Assembly: GCA_003142475.1 (NCBI GenBank)
Contig: PLMK01000025.1
Coordinates: 24,532 to 88,531 of the forward strand
Direction of reading: 5' to 3'
Origin: Ignavibacteriota bacterium
GTDB taxonomy: Bacteria; Bacteroidota; Ignavibacteria; UBA10030
DNA: 64,000 bases
Shown here piece by piece: positions 1 through 10,264 of the stretch (its first letter is position 1; the number at the start of each line of letters is the position of its first letter). Position numbers and translations under genes: made by a program. Under the pieces are notes generated by a model. That model worked only from the letters and a program-made list of their open reading frames with translations. It did no database searches and was not told the origin of the DNA.

Positions 1-127
1 TGCCTATGATAATCTATTAATTAAACAGCAATCCATATGCCAATATATAAATGTGGATTTTTTGATGAAATAGAGGATTTTTATGGTGATTCGTGCAAAA
101 TATGCACGTCTGTGCATTCTCTGCGCG

Positions 128-913
128 TCAGAACTTGAAAGCGAATGTCAGCGTTGTTCCTCTCGCTGGAGAAAGAGCAGACTGTAATGAAATAGAAGGT
201 GAGTGATTAAATGTAAAGATATCAATTTCGGAGGTAACATAAACGACGGCGAAAGCAACAAATGATGCGATCTCCGCTTTATAATAACGATTGTAGATAT
301 CATATTTTGAACTTATATCTGAAGGAATAGTAGCTGCAAGATATTCCTGACGAGCGGAACCTCGAAGTATCTCAAATGTTATTCCAGCACCAAGTGTAAC
401 AACTCCAGCCCCGAGAAAGATTGAACCTATCGTTGTTCGTCCTGTATGCAATTGTTCCCATCCTGGGAATAAAATGGTTCGGTAGGTGATTAAAGGTTGG
501 CTGTTTTTGAAAGAAGAAGTGAGATCATTATTTGAGAATTTTCTGGCTGATAGAAAATTCTGCTTCGTCTCGGTGAAAACAACAAGTATTTTGGGTGACG
601 TGTAAACAGGATCAAGAGAGAAATCGGGATCAACGGTTAAAATTGATTTAAAATGTTCCCGGGCGAAATCAGACTTACCTTGTGCAATCAAGCTGAATGC
701 AATATACTTATGAAGAGTTACGAAAGCCGTATCGCTGAGAGGTGTGTGTTCAAGAAATCGTCGGGCTTCGACTTCTGCGGAAAGATATGCGCCAGAATTG
801 TACGTTGATTCAACAGCTTGAAGAACAGCACGAACAGAATCTGTCTGCGCATGCATAGAAAAATGAACACATAAAGCGAAACATATGAAGATCAAGATTT
901 CCTTCTTCCTCAT
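128..913 (-). CDS. hypothetical exported protein
   Basis: ORF 128..946 trimmed to an internal Met that gives a signal-peptide-like N-terminus (MRKKEILIFICFALCVHFSMHAQ). Its ATG overlaps the TGA of the upstream kinase gene (ATGA), suggesting translational coupling. No recognisable catalytic motif. Confidence 0.45.
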   Translation of the reverse strand: MRKKEILIFICFALCVHFSMHAQTDSVRAVLQAVESTYNSGAYLSAEVEARRFLEHTPLSDTAFVTLHKYIAFSLIAQGKSDFAREHFKSILTVDPDFSLDPVYTSPKILVVFTETKQNFLSARKFSNNDLTSSFKNSQPLITYRTILFPGWEQLHTGRTTIGSIFLGAGVVTLGAGITFEILRGSARQEYLAATIPSDISSKYDIYNRYYKAEIASFVAFAVVYVTSEIDIFTFNHSPSISLQSALSPARGTTLTFAFKF

Positions 914-2415
914 CGTTTTTCCTGAAAGATAACTGATAGGGAGCATGTGTCTTTTGTCTTGATGGTTACTTCACGAACGATGTCGGCAAACGATGTATTT
1001 TTGAATCGTACATGGTGCAACCCAGGTGAAAGCACTATAGGTTTTTCTAGCGGTGTCGTTTCTTTATACTGTTCGTCAATATATACCTCTGCCCATGGCG
1101 ATGCAATACATTTGAGATATCCTGCATTCTCAATAAAATTACCGGCAAGTTGTAATTGCTTATGAGGTTGCACGGTGATTGTTTTGATAATCGGCTCAAA
1201 TGAGGGATGCATAAACATAACAGAATGCTTCCCTGCTACTAATGTTAGCGGATTACTTAATGGTGTCTCTCCAATAAATACATTGTCTATATAAACCTTA
1301 GCCCATGGCGTACTTGTAATAAGAACGGAACCTGAATTCAACCCTGTTGTTTCCATCGTTGTTGTTTGTACTTTAGATTGCTGTTTTGACAATTGTTCCT
1401 TGGAGGGATTGTTTTGATTAACCAATGGTACGGCTTGAACTGCCATGAGAGATTGCACCGTGTCAGAAGCCGCCCTTCCTTGTGATGGCTTAGGAACATG
1501 GGAACCAGAAAAGTATAGAAAGAGGGAAATTATTATTACACAAACAATGAATAGAATTGAGCCGATGATTGCCATTCGCTGTTTTTTGGGCAAAGATGCT
1601 TGTTGTTGAGGAATGATAATATTCGAGTCATTCTTATCGAGTGCATAAAGTGCATCTCTTGACGTAGTGAACCTGTCCTGTTTTTGTGGACTCATCAGAA
1701 GTTTCAGAAATTGCACAAACTCAACAGATGATCGTTCGGTAAATTGATTCAGTGTATCCACTTTAAATGTCAAAATCTTTTTAGCGCACTCCGCGTAGGA
1801 ATTTCCATCAAACAAACGATTTCCTGTTAATACTTCAACCAATGTAGCGCCGAGAGAAAACAAATCGCTTCGCTGGTCAATCTCTTCCTGACGGATTTGC
1901 TCGGGAGACATGTAGGCAGGTGTGCCGAGAACCGTACCCTGTACTGTTACCGTAGGAACAAACGCGATATACGCTAATCCGAAGTCTGACACTTTAAAGG
2001 TACCATCACTTGTGACCAGAATATTCCCCGGTTTAACATCCCGATGAATAATTCCTTTATTATGCGCCGCCATTAGTCCTCGAAGCGAGTGAAGTGCAGC
2101 TTTCCTTGCAAATTCCAGTGATTGTGTTTTTCCTTCGGTAATCAGATTCTTGAGCGACGTTCCTTCAACATACTCCATTAAAATTGCCGGTGCACCCTCA
2201 TATTCAATGAGTTCATACACCTGCACTATATGTTCAGATCGAAGAGCTGCACATGCCCGTGCTTCCCGTATAAACCGTTGATGAAGATCATGATCGGATG
2301 CAAGATGCTTATGTAATACTTTTAGCAGTACGCGCCGTTGCAAGACTGTATCGAATGCCCGGTACACACTAGTAAAACTGCCTTCGTTAATCTTTTCTTC
2401 GATCGTAAGCTTCAT
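910..2415 (-). CDS. Ser/Thr protein kinase with transmembrane segment and C-terminal PEGA-like repeats
   Basis: Hanks kinase motifs HRDVKPGNILV and DFGLA. Central hydrophobic helix (IIGSILFIVCVIIISLFLYF). Two C-terminal repeats of the type TPWAKVYIDN..GETPL / SPWAEVYIDE..ETTPL typical of PEGA domains. Confidence 0.85.
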   Translation of the reverse strand: MKLTIEEKINEGSFTSVYRAFDTVLQRRVLLKVLHKHLASDHDLHQRFIREARACAALRSEHIVQVYELIEYEGAPAILMEYVEGTSLKNLITEGKTQSLEFARKAALHSLRGLMAAHNKGIIHRDVKPGNILVTSDGTFKVSDFGLAYIAFVPTVTVQGTVLGTPAYMSPEQIRQEEIDQRSDLFSLGATLVEVLTGNRLFDGNSYAECAKKILTFKVDTLNQFTERSSVEFVQFLKLLMSPQKQDRFTTSRDALYALDKNDSNIIIPQQQASLPKKQRMAIIGSILFIVCVIIISLFLYFSGSHVPKPSQGRAASDTVQSLMAVQAVPLVNQNNPSKEQLSKQQSKVQTTTMETTGLNSGSVLITSTPWAKVYIDNVFIGETPLSNPLTLVAGKHSVMFMHPSFEPIIKTITVQPHKQLQLAGNFIENAGYLKCIASPWAEVYIDEQYKETTPLEKPIVLSPGLHHVRFKNTSFADIVREVTIKTKDTCSLSVIFQEKR

Positions 2416-3899
2416 TACTCGTTATTCCATTCTTTCAAACGATATTGAAGCCATCGTAGAGATACTCCAAGCTTTTCTGCGGTTCGTCTCCGATTTCCTT
2501 CCATCTCATTCAATGTTGTTTGAATGATTTGTCGCTCAATCTCTTCCAGTGTCATAGCAGGGGGCAAATCAGTAGCTTGTTTCGTGAAATCAAAAACCAG
2601 ATCATTCGGCATTAATTGAGTCCCACGGCAAAGCACAACAGCCCGTTCGATGATGTTTTGAAACTCCCGAACATTTCCTTTCCAGGAATTGGTGAGCAGC
2701 ATTTGCATTGCGTCTGGGTGGATTCCGTCGATAGAGCGTTTGTACATCTGTGAAGTTCGCTGAATAAAATAATTTGCAAGAAGAGGAATATCATCCCTCC
2801 GATCACGAAGCGGCGGCAGATGAATACCGACGACATTCAATCGAAAATAAAGATCGTCCCGCATTTTGCCATTTTTAATTTCGTCTTTAAGATTTTTATT
2901 CGTCGCTGCAATGACGCGGATATCCGCTGTTCGGTTAACGGTCTCTCCTACACGCCGGAATTCTTTCTCCTGAAGCAGACGCATGAGTTTTGATTGAAGA
3001 GCAAACGGCAGATCGGCAATTTCATCTAGGAACAATGTGCCGCCATTCGCGACTTCAACCAATCCTTTTTTCATTGCAGCTGCTCCGGTAAACGATCCTT
3101 TTGCGTATCCAAACAGCTCACTTTCTATGAGTGTCTCCGGAATTGCAGAACAATTGACCGCAACGAATGGAAAACCTTTTCGCTTGCCATTTTCATGGAT
3201 TGCCCTAGCTACAAGCTCTTTTCCTGTTCCGCTCTCGCCGGTGATAAGCACTGCGATATCAATATCTAGTACTCGTTGTGCTATCTCGAGAGCATTTTTC
3301 CATGACTGACTATTTCCAATCATATTAGAGAACAGATGAGTGACATTAGCTTCATTCTTTAATCTATCGTTTTGCTTTTGAAGTGCTGTGTAACGGGTTG
3401 CATTCTCGATGGCAATACCGGCAAGGTTGCCAAAGATAGTAAGAAATTTCAGTGATTCCTCAGTAAATCCCTTTAACATTCTGTTGCTATCCAAGTAAAC
3501 CACACCGAATATTCGCTCACCTGTCCGCAGAGGAATACAGATGATGGATAAAATATTCTGTGCGATAATGCTTGTGGATGATTCAAACCGTTCATCATTC
3601 AAAGCGTCAAATGTTAAAACCGCTTCGCCGGTATTAAGCACATTCTTAACGACCGATGAGGAGGCTGCAAACTCACTCGTAGACTGCTGAGAAGAAAAGT
3701 TTTTCAAAGCCACAACGTCATATCCTGAATCCTTGTTCGAATCTGCAAGGATGACAAATCCACGCTCGGCAGAAAGATGTTTCATCGCGATTTCCAGCAC
3801 GCGAACAAGAAGCTCATCCGGCTCAAGGATAGAATTAATCGATCGGGCAATTTCGTACAACGCATTAAAATTATTTTGAAGAGATTGATCCATAATCAT
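2415..3899 (-). CDS. sigma-54-dependent transcriptional activator (GAF - AAA+ - Fis HTH)
   Basis: Walker A GESGTGKELVARAIH, the ESELFGY loop and a C-terminal Fis-type HTH (RTAEKLGVSLRWLQYRLK). An N-terminal GAF-like sensory region of about 170 aa. The stop overlaps the kinase start by 1 nt. Confidence 0.85.
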   Translation of the reverse strand: MIMDQSLQNNFNALYEIARSINSILEPDELLVRVLEIAMKHLSAERGFVILADSNKDSGYDVVALKNFSSQQSTSEFAASSSVVKNVLNTGEAVLTFDALNDERFESSTSIIAQNILSIICIPLRTGERIFGVVYLDSNRMLKGFTEESLKFLTIFGNLAGIAIENATRYTALQKQNDRLKNEANVTHLFSNMIGNSQSWKNALEIAQRVLDIDIAVLITGESGTGKELVARAIHENGKRKGFPFVAVNCSAIPETLIESELFGYAKGSFTGAAAMKKGLVEVANGGTLFLDEIADLPFALQSKLMRLLQEKEFRRVGETVNRTADIRVIAATNKNLKDEIKNGKMRDDLYFRLNVVGIHLPPLRDRRDDIPLLANYFIQRTSQMYKRSIDGIHPDAMQMLLTNSWKGNVREFQNIIERAVVLCRGTQLMPNDLVFDFTKQATDLPPAMTLEEIERQIIQTTLNEMEGNRRRTAEKLGVSLRWLQYRLKEWNNE

Positions 3900-4909
3900 C
3901 GCACAATAAATGAGGCCTCTTTTGAACGGGAATAATTCCCAAAATCATCAACAACGGAGATCGTCCAGACATATTCACCAGCAGAGAGTGTATCACTGTT
4001 ATTATTCCCGTGATACTGAATCTGCAAGTCAGATGAGTACAACTGTGAATATGTCCACACAACTGTCCTAATATCCGATTCAACGCGTGAGAGTAAAAGA
4101 GTGTAGGTATAATTAAACGTAACATCCGGAGGGTTCCATTGGAAAACTGGAGTAGTGCCGGTTGTATCTTGTTTTTGTGTTAGCAGATTGATATTGGGAT
4201 ATACTGGTGTTGCCGTGTTTTCAATAATGCGTGATATATAGAACGATGCACTGAGATTGACCGCATTTCTTCGATCTTTTGAACGAATTCTCAGAGGCTT
4301 ATTTACGAGCCACTGAATAGTATTTGTCGGAATATCGTACTTATATAGCGTTGTTTGAAATTGCTTTGTTGTGAGCGAATATTCCATCGGGTAGAGAAGA
4401 GTATCGACGGCAAACCAGACTGAGTCTACATCCGTAATACCATTCGGATCAGTGACCGATGCTGTAATATCAACAAAGTATTGCGGACTTGGGTAATATT
4501 GATCGATTTTTCTGGTAAGAATGCTCTGCGATAGAACATAGGGTGCGCCGTTCAAATAGAAAGCCACTTCAGTCGATGTGCGGCTTTTCAATACAATACG
4601 CTGTGTATCTGAAACAAAGTTTTCTTTCGTGCAAACAAGTGTTTGTGACCCTATGGAAAGGTTTTCGAAAGAAAAATTTCCATTAATATCGCTTGAAGCT
4701 GTTACACCGTCTTCGATAGAAGAAATACTAGCAGAAGGAACAGCACTATTTTGATCGAGTAATAGTACACTGCCTTTAACTGCAGCGGTTTTAACGTATT
4801 GCGTTGAAACTGGATCTAGTACATTATCACGAGGGGCATCTTTGCAACCACTTATCAATACGATCGCAGCAATAAGATATATTAAAGTAAATCTCTTCAT
4901 AATGCACAC
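3896..4909 (-). CDS. lipoprotein with carboxypeptidase-regulatory-like beta-sandwich domain
   Basis: Lipobox LISGC after a hydrophobic N-terminus. A DINGNFSFENL-type CarbopepD_reg-like segment. Otherwise unknown. Confidence 0.5.
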   Translation of the reverse strand: MCIMKRFTLIYLIAAIVLISGCKDAPRDNVLDPVSTQYVKTAAVKGSVLLLDQNSAVPSASISSIEDGVTASSDINGNFSFENLSIGSQTLVCTKENFVSDTQRIVLKSRTSTEVAFYLNGAPYVLSQSILTRKIDQYYPSPQYFVDITASVTDPNGITDVDSVWFAVDTLLYPMEYSLTTKQFQTTLYKYDIPTNTIQWLVNKPLRIRSKDRRNAVNLSASFYISRIIENTATPVYPNINLLTQKQDTTGTTPVFQWNPPDVTFNYTYTLLLSRVESDIRTVVWTYSQLYSSDLQIQYHGNNNSDTLSAGEYVWTISVVDDFGNYSRSKEASFIVR

Positions 4910-5116
4910 AATATACTCGATTTTGTCGAATATTTACAAGAAACAGAATATAGAAAAGCAAAAGTTGTTCAGAAACCAATTGTATATTTTAATATAAAGA
5001 TATTCGGACGGAATTCATATCGGTATCTATCTTTCAATTCAGCGGAAAATCAACAACTCAAATGATTTTAACTTTCCTAAAAAAAGTTGTATAATAAATC
5101 GAATTCAATCTAATTC

Positions 5117-5584
5117 TTGAATTATCCTTTTGGAGAGGAGCAACGCATCATGGAAAAACATATTTCACTCGTCGGAATTCTGAACATTGTTTATGCATCT
5201 TTAGCGCTCATTGGCGCATTTGTTCTCTTCACCATCGCAATTGGATTCAGATATTTCTTTGAGCTAATCTCGCGATATAGTCACAACGGAATGGATGAAA
5301 TCCCTCCAGAAGTGATGGACATCGTACCATTCATCCTGATTGTTATCGGAATTCTTATCTTGTTTTTTTCTATTATCGGAATCATTGGAGCTATCGGTGT
5401 GATGAAGAAAAAAGAATGGGGACGGATTATCATGCTCGTGATATCCTTCTTCAATCTGATACATATTCCGCTCGGTACTATTCTTGGGGTTTATAGTATT
5501 TGGGTACTTCTGAACGATGAAACTATTCGAATGTTTAATCCTGTTTATAATTCACCTTCTGAGAAATCGACAATATCGTCCTAA
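5117..5584 (+). CDS. small integral membrane protein
   Basis: Three or four predicted TM helices. An alternative start is at Met-12 (5150). Confidence 0.4.
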   Translation: MNYPFGEEQRIMEKHISLVGILNIVYASLALIGAFVLFTIAIGFRYFFELISRYSHNGMDEIPPEVMDIVPFILIVIGILILFFSIIGIIGAIGVMKKKEWGRIIMLVISFFNLIHIPLGTILGVYSIWVLLNDETIRMFNPVYNSPSEKSTISS

Positions 5585-5596
5585 GATAATTTTCTT

Positions 5597-5899
5597 ATGA
5601 AAATTCTCGCACTTGAAAAAGAAATTCTTGGCATTACAGATGATCAATTCACACCTAGTCTTTTGAAAAAAGAAGCGAGGCAGGCTTGGGAGTTGCATCA
5701 AGCGGGAATTATCCGCGATCTGTACTTCCGGTCAGATCGGAATGAAGCAGTGTTGATTCTTGAGTGCAAAGATGTTGAAGAAGCTCAATCTGTACTTGCA
5801 ACATTACCGTTAGTTAAGGCGGGATTGATCGCGTTTGAAATTATTCCACTTATTCCATATAAAGGTTTTGCACGACTCTTTTCTGAAGAATTTGTTTAA
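5597..5899 (+). CDS. small ferredoxin-fold protein, muconolactone delta-isomerase-like family
   Basis: 100 aa. The pattern (charged helix, then ...LPLV..G.I..EIIPL.PY) resembles MLI/CatC-like domains from memory. Weak assignment. Confidence 0.35.
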   Translation: MKILALEKEILGITDDQFTPSLLKKEARQAWELHQAGIIRDLYFRSDRNEAVLILECKDVEEAQSVLATLPLVKAGLIAFEIIPLIPYKGFARLFSEEFV

Positions 5900-6098
5900 A
5901 ATTTAATAATTGAAGTTGTTTTTAATTCCCGCCTCTTATATATTAAATAGAGCGCTCTGAGTTCTTTTTCGATCGCAATTATTTTCCTCTGGATTCTAAT
6001 GGACGCGCCGAATTCTCCGCGCTTTATAAATAAACAAGCTTCGTAATCGCTCCCTCTATATACAGCTTTTTTACTTACAGGCTGAAAGAGTTTGATCA

Positions 6099-7586
6099 AT
6101 GAACATTCTCCTCATCAATCCAAAATTTCCGGATACGTTCTGGAGTTTCAAGCATGCACTCAAGTTTGTCTCAAAACGTACCACGTTTCCTCCGCTCGGA
6201 TTGCTTACCGTTGCGTCACTGCTGCCTCATTCATGGAACAAACGTTTGGTAGATATGAATGTGCAGGACTTACGGGAAATTGAATTGAAATGGGCTGACC
6301 TCGTTTTCCTTGGCGGTATGTCGATTCAATTGAAATCAGCGCGAGCTGTCATTGAGCAGTGTAAAACGATGGGCAAAAAGATCGTCGCTGGCGGGCCGTT
6401 GTTCACAGCATTCTCTGATGAATTCGAGGATGTTGATTATCTCGTCTTAAACGAAGCAGAGCTGACACTGCCACAATTTCTCGTGGACATGAAAAATCGT
6501 AATGTTCACCACATCTACCAGAGTGATCAGTGGGCAGATGTTACCACTACTCCTGTTCCTATGTGGAGTCTCATCAATTCGAAGTATTACTCTTCTATGA
6601 ACATCCAATACTCACGCGGATGCCCTTACGATTGCGAATTCTGTGACATTACAGTTCTTTATGGACACACACCGAGAACGAAAACAAAGGAGCAGATGCT
6701 TTCAGAATTAGAAGCTGTGTACTCTATCGGCTGGAAAGATGATGTTTTCATTGTTGATGACAACTTCATTGGCAATAAGGCATTGCTAAAGAAAGAAATT
6801 CTGCCTGCAATTAGACAATGGATGGAACGAAAAAAGCATCCATTTGGTCTCAATACAGAAGCATCTATCAACCTTTCCGACGATGAAGAGCTGATGCACA
6901 TGATGGTAAAAGCAGGATTCAATACCGTATTCGTCGGTATCGAATCACCGAATGAAGAAAGTTTGATTGAGTGTAAAAAGAGCCCAAATAGAAACCGCAA
7001 CCTTATCGAATCAGTCAAGAAACTTCAGCATAACGGATTGCAAGTCCAGGGCGGATTCATCGTCGGGTTTGACAGCGATCCGAGTTCAATCTTTCAGAAG
7101 TTAGTCGAGTTCATTCAAGAGAGCGGCATCGTTACTGCAATGGTCGGATTGCTTAATGCACCGACAGGTTCAAGACTATATAAGCGGATGCTTAAAGAAG
7201 GACGATTACTCAAAGCAATGTCAGGTGATAACACTGATTTCTCAATGAACTTTATTCCTAAGATGAATTATGACTTTCTCGTTAATGGATATCGGTCGAT
7301 TTTAGAAAATATTTACTCTTCAAAACAATATTACACTCGGGTCAAAGAATTTCTCCGAACTTACAATCCTCCGAAGGTCAGAATATCATTTGTGAAGTCA
7401 AATCACTTGAAAGCATTAGTGAAATCTGTAATCATCCTTGGTGTTATGGATAAGGAGCGCTTGCATTACTGGAAATTGTTTTTCTGGTCACTCTTCACGC
7501 GTCCGCGAATGTTTCCGCTTGCAATCACATTTACAATTTACGGATACCACTATAAAAGAATTTTGGAATACTATGCAGCAGGATAA
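6099..7586 (+). CDS. B12-binding radical SAM protein (class B, DUF4070-type C-terminus)
   Basis: N-terminal cobalamin-binding Rossmann-like region (LLINPKFPDTFWSF...LGLLTVASLL). The radical SAM cluster motif is CPYDCEFC (Cx3Cx2C). Confidence 0.85.
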   Translation: MNILLINPKFPDTFWSFKHALKFVSKRTTFPPLGLLTVASLLPHSWNKRLVDMNVQDLREIELKWADLVFLGGMSIQLKSARAVIEQCKTMGKKIVAGGPLFTAFSDEFEDVDYLVLNEAELTLPQFLVDMKNRNVHHIYQSDQWADVTTTPVPMWSLINSKYYSSMNIQYSRGCPYDCEFCDITVLYGHTPRTKTKEQMLSELEAVYSIGWKDDVFIVDDNFIGNKALLKKEILPAIRQWMERKKHPFGLNTEASINLSDDEELMHMMVKAGFNTVFVGIESPNEESLIECKKSPNRNRNLIESVKKLQHNGLQVQGGFIVGFDSDPSSIFQKLVEFIQESGIVTAMVGLLNAPTGSRLYKRMLKEGRLLKAMSGDNTDFSMNFIPKMNYDFLVNGYRSILENIYSSKQYYTRVKEFLRTYNPPKVRISFVKSNHLKALVKSVIILGVMDKERLHYWKLFFWSLFTRPRMFPLAITFTIYGYHYKRILEYYAAG

Positions 7587-7641
7587 AGAACAACCAACAA
7601 CCAGCGAAAAACGACTAACAGCTTTTATTATTCCCTATCTC

Positions 7642-8538
7642 TCACTGCATCGCTGCTTTCAATGTATTCTTTAATAGCATTGCAACGGTCATAAGGCCGA
7701 CGCCGCCGGGAACGGGTGTGACCGCTTTCGCGACTTTCGAAGCTGATTCGAAATGCACATCACCGACAATACGATATCCTTTCGGCAACGAAGTATCTTC
7801 AACGCGATTGATACCGACATCGACAATAACAACACCCGGCTTTAGCATCGCACCAGTGATAAATTCCGGTTTGCCGATGGCGGCAACGAGAATGTCCGCA
7901 GATTTGATATAAGATGTAAGGTCAGAAGCACCGGTATGTGCAACTGTTACAACGGCATTCGCGCCTCGCTGCTTTTGTAATAAAATATTTGCTATCGGTT
8001 TCCCGACAATGTTGCTGCGGCCGACAATGACGACATGTTTGCCTGAGGGATCATTGCCGCTGCGCATGAGAAGTTCTTGTATTCCTGCCGGTGTACACGA
8101 CTTGAATGTATCTATCCCTAGAACCAACTTCCCGATGCTCATCGGATGAATGCCGTCGACGTCTTTGCGCGGATCAATGGCTTGAATCACTGTTTGCTCA
8201 TTCAAATGCTTCGGTAGCGGCAGTTGAACGAGAATTCCATGAATCCTCGGATCACGGTTAAACTCATCAATCTTCTTTAACAATACTTGCTCTGAGGTAT
8301 TAGCCGGCATTCGTTCCGTGAGCGAATAAAATCCCATTTCTTCAGATCGCTTTCCTTTCGAACGCACATACGACTGCGATGCAGGGTCATCTCCAACAAG
8401 AATAACCGCCAGCCCGGGGATAATACCTTTTGTTTCTTTCAAGCGCCGTGTTTCTTCTTTCACTTCGCACTTGATATCATCAGCAATTTTCTTTCCGTCG
8501 ATAATTTCTGCCATATCTAATCCTTTGCGTTTTGACAA
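7642..8538 (-). CDS. folD: bifunctional 5,10-methylene-THF dehydrogenase / methenyl-THF cyclohydrolase
   Basis: MAEIIDGKKIADDI N-terminus and a PGGVGPMT-like C-terminal motif (PGGVGLMTVAMLL). About 298 aa, typical for FolD. Confidence 0.9.
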   Translation of the reverse strand: MSKRKGLDMAEIIDGKKIADDIKCEVKEETRRLKETKGIIPGLAVILVGDDPASQSYVRSKGKRSEEMGFYSLTERMPANTSEQVLLKKIDEFNRDPRIHGILVQLPLPKHLNEQTVIQAIDPRKDVDGIHPMSIGKLVLGIDTFKSCTPAGIQELLMRSGNDPSGKHVVIVGRSNIVGKPIANILLQKQRGANAVVTVAHTGASDLTSYIKSADILVAAIGKPEFITGAMLKPGVVIVDVGINRVEDTSLPKGYRIVGDVHFESASKVAKAVTPVPGGVGLMTVAMLLKNTLKAAMQ

Positions 8539-9356
8539 TCTATCGTAACAAATGGAACATTCATGTTAAACCCTTGCTTCTGTTCAGCGAGCAGATTTAA
8601 CTTGTACTCAATTTTTTTAAAGACATTCTCCTGGAATTCGATCGGTACTAATTCTTTCCATGCTGCGATGAAAATCTTCATAAAGAAATGATTTAACATA
8701 GCAGTACCATCTGAGAATTTAAAATCGAATTCATCTTCATAAATGTTATTGATATGAAATTTCGATTGTTCCAATAAATTTTCATATTCAGAAACCGGCC
8801 TTCGCTTCTCATAGATATGATCGTCAACCTTTGTCTGTAATTCTTCCAACCCACTCTCACGAAGAACACAGCGAAACACATCGTAGAATTCAGCGAATGT
8901 CCGGTTTGTATTAAATGTAAATAGAAATTGAGCACCAGGACGGGACACACGGCTACACTCAATCAACGTTTTGGACAGATCCTGAACATTATTGAGCCCG
9001 TTATTTGAAACGATCAAATCAAAATAATTATTTTCATACGGCATCTTTTCGGACACGCCTTTGACAATAAAGACATTCTGTACGCCTGTATATTTTATTT
9101 TGAATTTTGTACGTTCGATGGCCGCTTTCCATGGATCGATGCCCGACACTTGAGAAGTCGGGCCAAGACGCATAGCAAGTTCAATCAAAGGAAATCCGGA
9201 TCCAAAGCCGATATCGAGTGCACGGATACCTTTTTTATAGTGCACAAGGTTGAGCAGTTTTATTCCGAATGGAGCCGACCAAAACGACATATCATCAAGG
9301 GCTCTCAAAAAATCCGGATCATCAAAGTTGAGTTCGGTTTGCAGGTACTGTGTCAT
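8517..9356 (-). CDS. class I SAM-dependent methyltransferase
   Basis: Motif I ALDIGFGSGF and overall Rossmann MTase layout. Substrate unknown. Confidence 0.7.
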   Translation of the reverse strand: MTQYLQTELNFDDPDFLRALDDMSFWSAPFGIKLLNLVHYKKGIRALDIGFGSGFPLIELAMRLGPTSQVSGIDPWKAAIERTKFKIKYTGVQNVFIVKGVSEKMPYENNYFDLIVSNNGLNNVQDLSKTLIECSRVSRPGAQFLFTFNTNRTFAEFYDVFRCVLRESGLEELQTKVDDHIYEKRRPVSEYENLLEQSKFHINNIYEDEFDFKFSDGTAMLNHFFMKIFIAAWKELVPIEFQENVFKKIEYKLNLLAEQKQGFNMNVPFVTIDCQNAKD

Positions 9357-9391
9357 TTTATATTGCGATGAATAGTTAAGTGAAAACAGTG

Positions 9392-10189
9392 CTATTGGAA
9401 ACTTGGAAAGATAACTTGCTCGATTTTTACGGCTTTTCCTGTTTCAACGTCAACTTGAATGAAGACCGCGCACATCCGCACGTCGTGCTCGGCAAGCTCA
9501 AACTTGTACGGTGTCTGGAATTGAAAACGGCGGATCGCAATTTCTTTCTTCATCCCTATCACCGAATCGTAAGGTCCGCTCATTCCAACATCCGTAATAT
9601 ACGCAGTGCCTTTTGGAAGAATCCGCGCATCTGAAGTCGGGATGTGTGTATGTGTCCCAACGACTGCACTCACGCGTCCATCGAGATGCCAAGCGAGCGC
9701 CATTTTCTCAGCCGTTGCTTCGGCATGCATATCTATTAGAATCACTTTTGTGTCATTCGCAATTCTGCTCAATGCCCAATCGGCCGCTTTGAATGGATCG
9801 TCAATCGTCTGCATATAAGTACGCCCCTGCAGATTGATAACGCCGATGTGTCCTTTTTCTTTCAAATCGTACAGGACAAAACCGTTGCCGGGATTTTCTT
9901 TCGGATAGTTCAGCGGCCGCAGAATGTTGCGTTCTTTCGATATGAGCGTTTTCGCCTGCCAGCGATCCCACAAATGATTGCCTGTTGTAATAACATGAAC
10001 ACCTAACTCGAAAAGCGCCTTCGCATCCGCCTCGTCAATTCCCTTTCCTTCGGTTGCATTTTCTCCATTGACAACACAGAAATCAATTTCATATTTCTGG
10101 ATGTACTGTTTAAGTAGTGTAGAAATAAGCGTCATTCCAGGCTTGCCATTAATGTCGCCAACAAAAAAAATATTTATAAGTTTCGCCAC
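9392..10189 (-). CDS. YmdB-family metallophosphoesterase (2',3'-cyclic-nucleotide phosphodiesterase-like)
   Basis: N-terminus MAKLINIFFVGDINGKPG and metal-binding GNH/GTHTH motifs typical of TIGR00282. Confidence 0.8.
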   Translation of the reverse strand: MAKLINIFFVGDINGKPGMTLISTLLKQYIQKYEIDFCVVNGENATEGKGIDEADAKALFELGVHVITTGNHLWDRWQAKTLISKERNILRPLNYPKENPGNGFVLYDLKEKGHIGVINLQGRTYMQTIDDPFKAADWALSRIANDTKVILIDMHAEATAEKMALAWHLDGRVSAVVGTHTHIPTSDARILPKGTAYITDVGMSGPYDSVIGMKKEIAIRRFQFQTPYKFELAEHDVRMCAVFIQVDVETGKAVKIEQVIFPSFQ

Positions 10190-10264
10190 AATTTCCCTCG
10201 TTGTGTTATGATTGAGACATAATGTTCAATACGAAATATATATCGATGCTTGGTGAAAAACTGG

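Noticed and set aside
947-1165. Numerous short ORFs from the six-frame track that overlap longer genes on the opposite strand or in alternate frames (e.g. 947..1165, 2612..2836, 3037..3309, 9498..9692, 12935..13405, 25178..25585, 36993..37427, 59084..59968, 60653..61360)
   Set aside because: Each lies inside a longer ORF that carries clear family motifs. None has a signal peptide, SD context or recognisable motif. They are treated as shadow ORFs.
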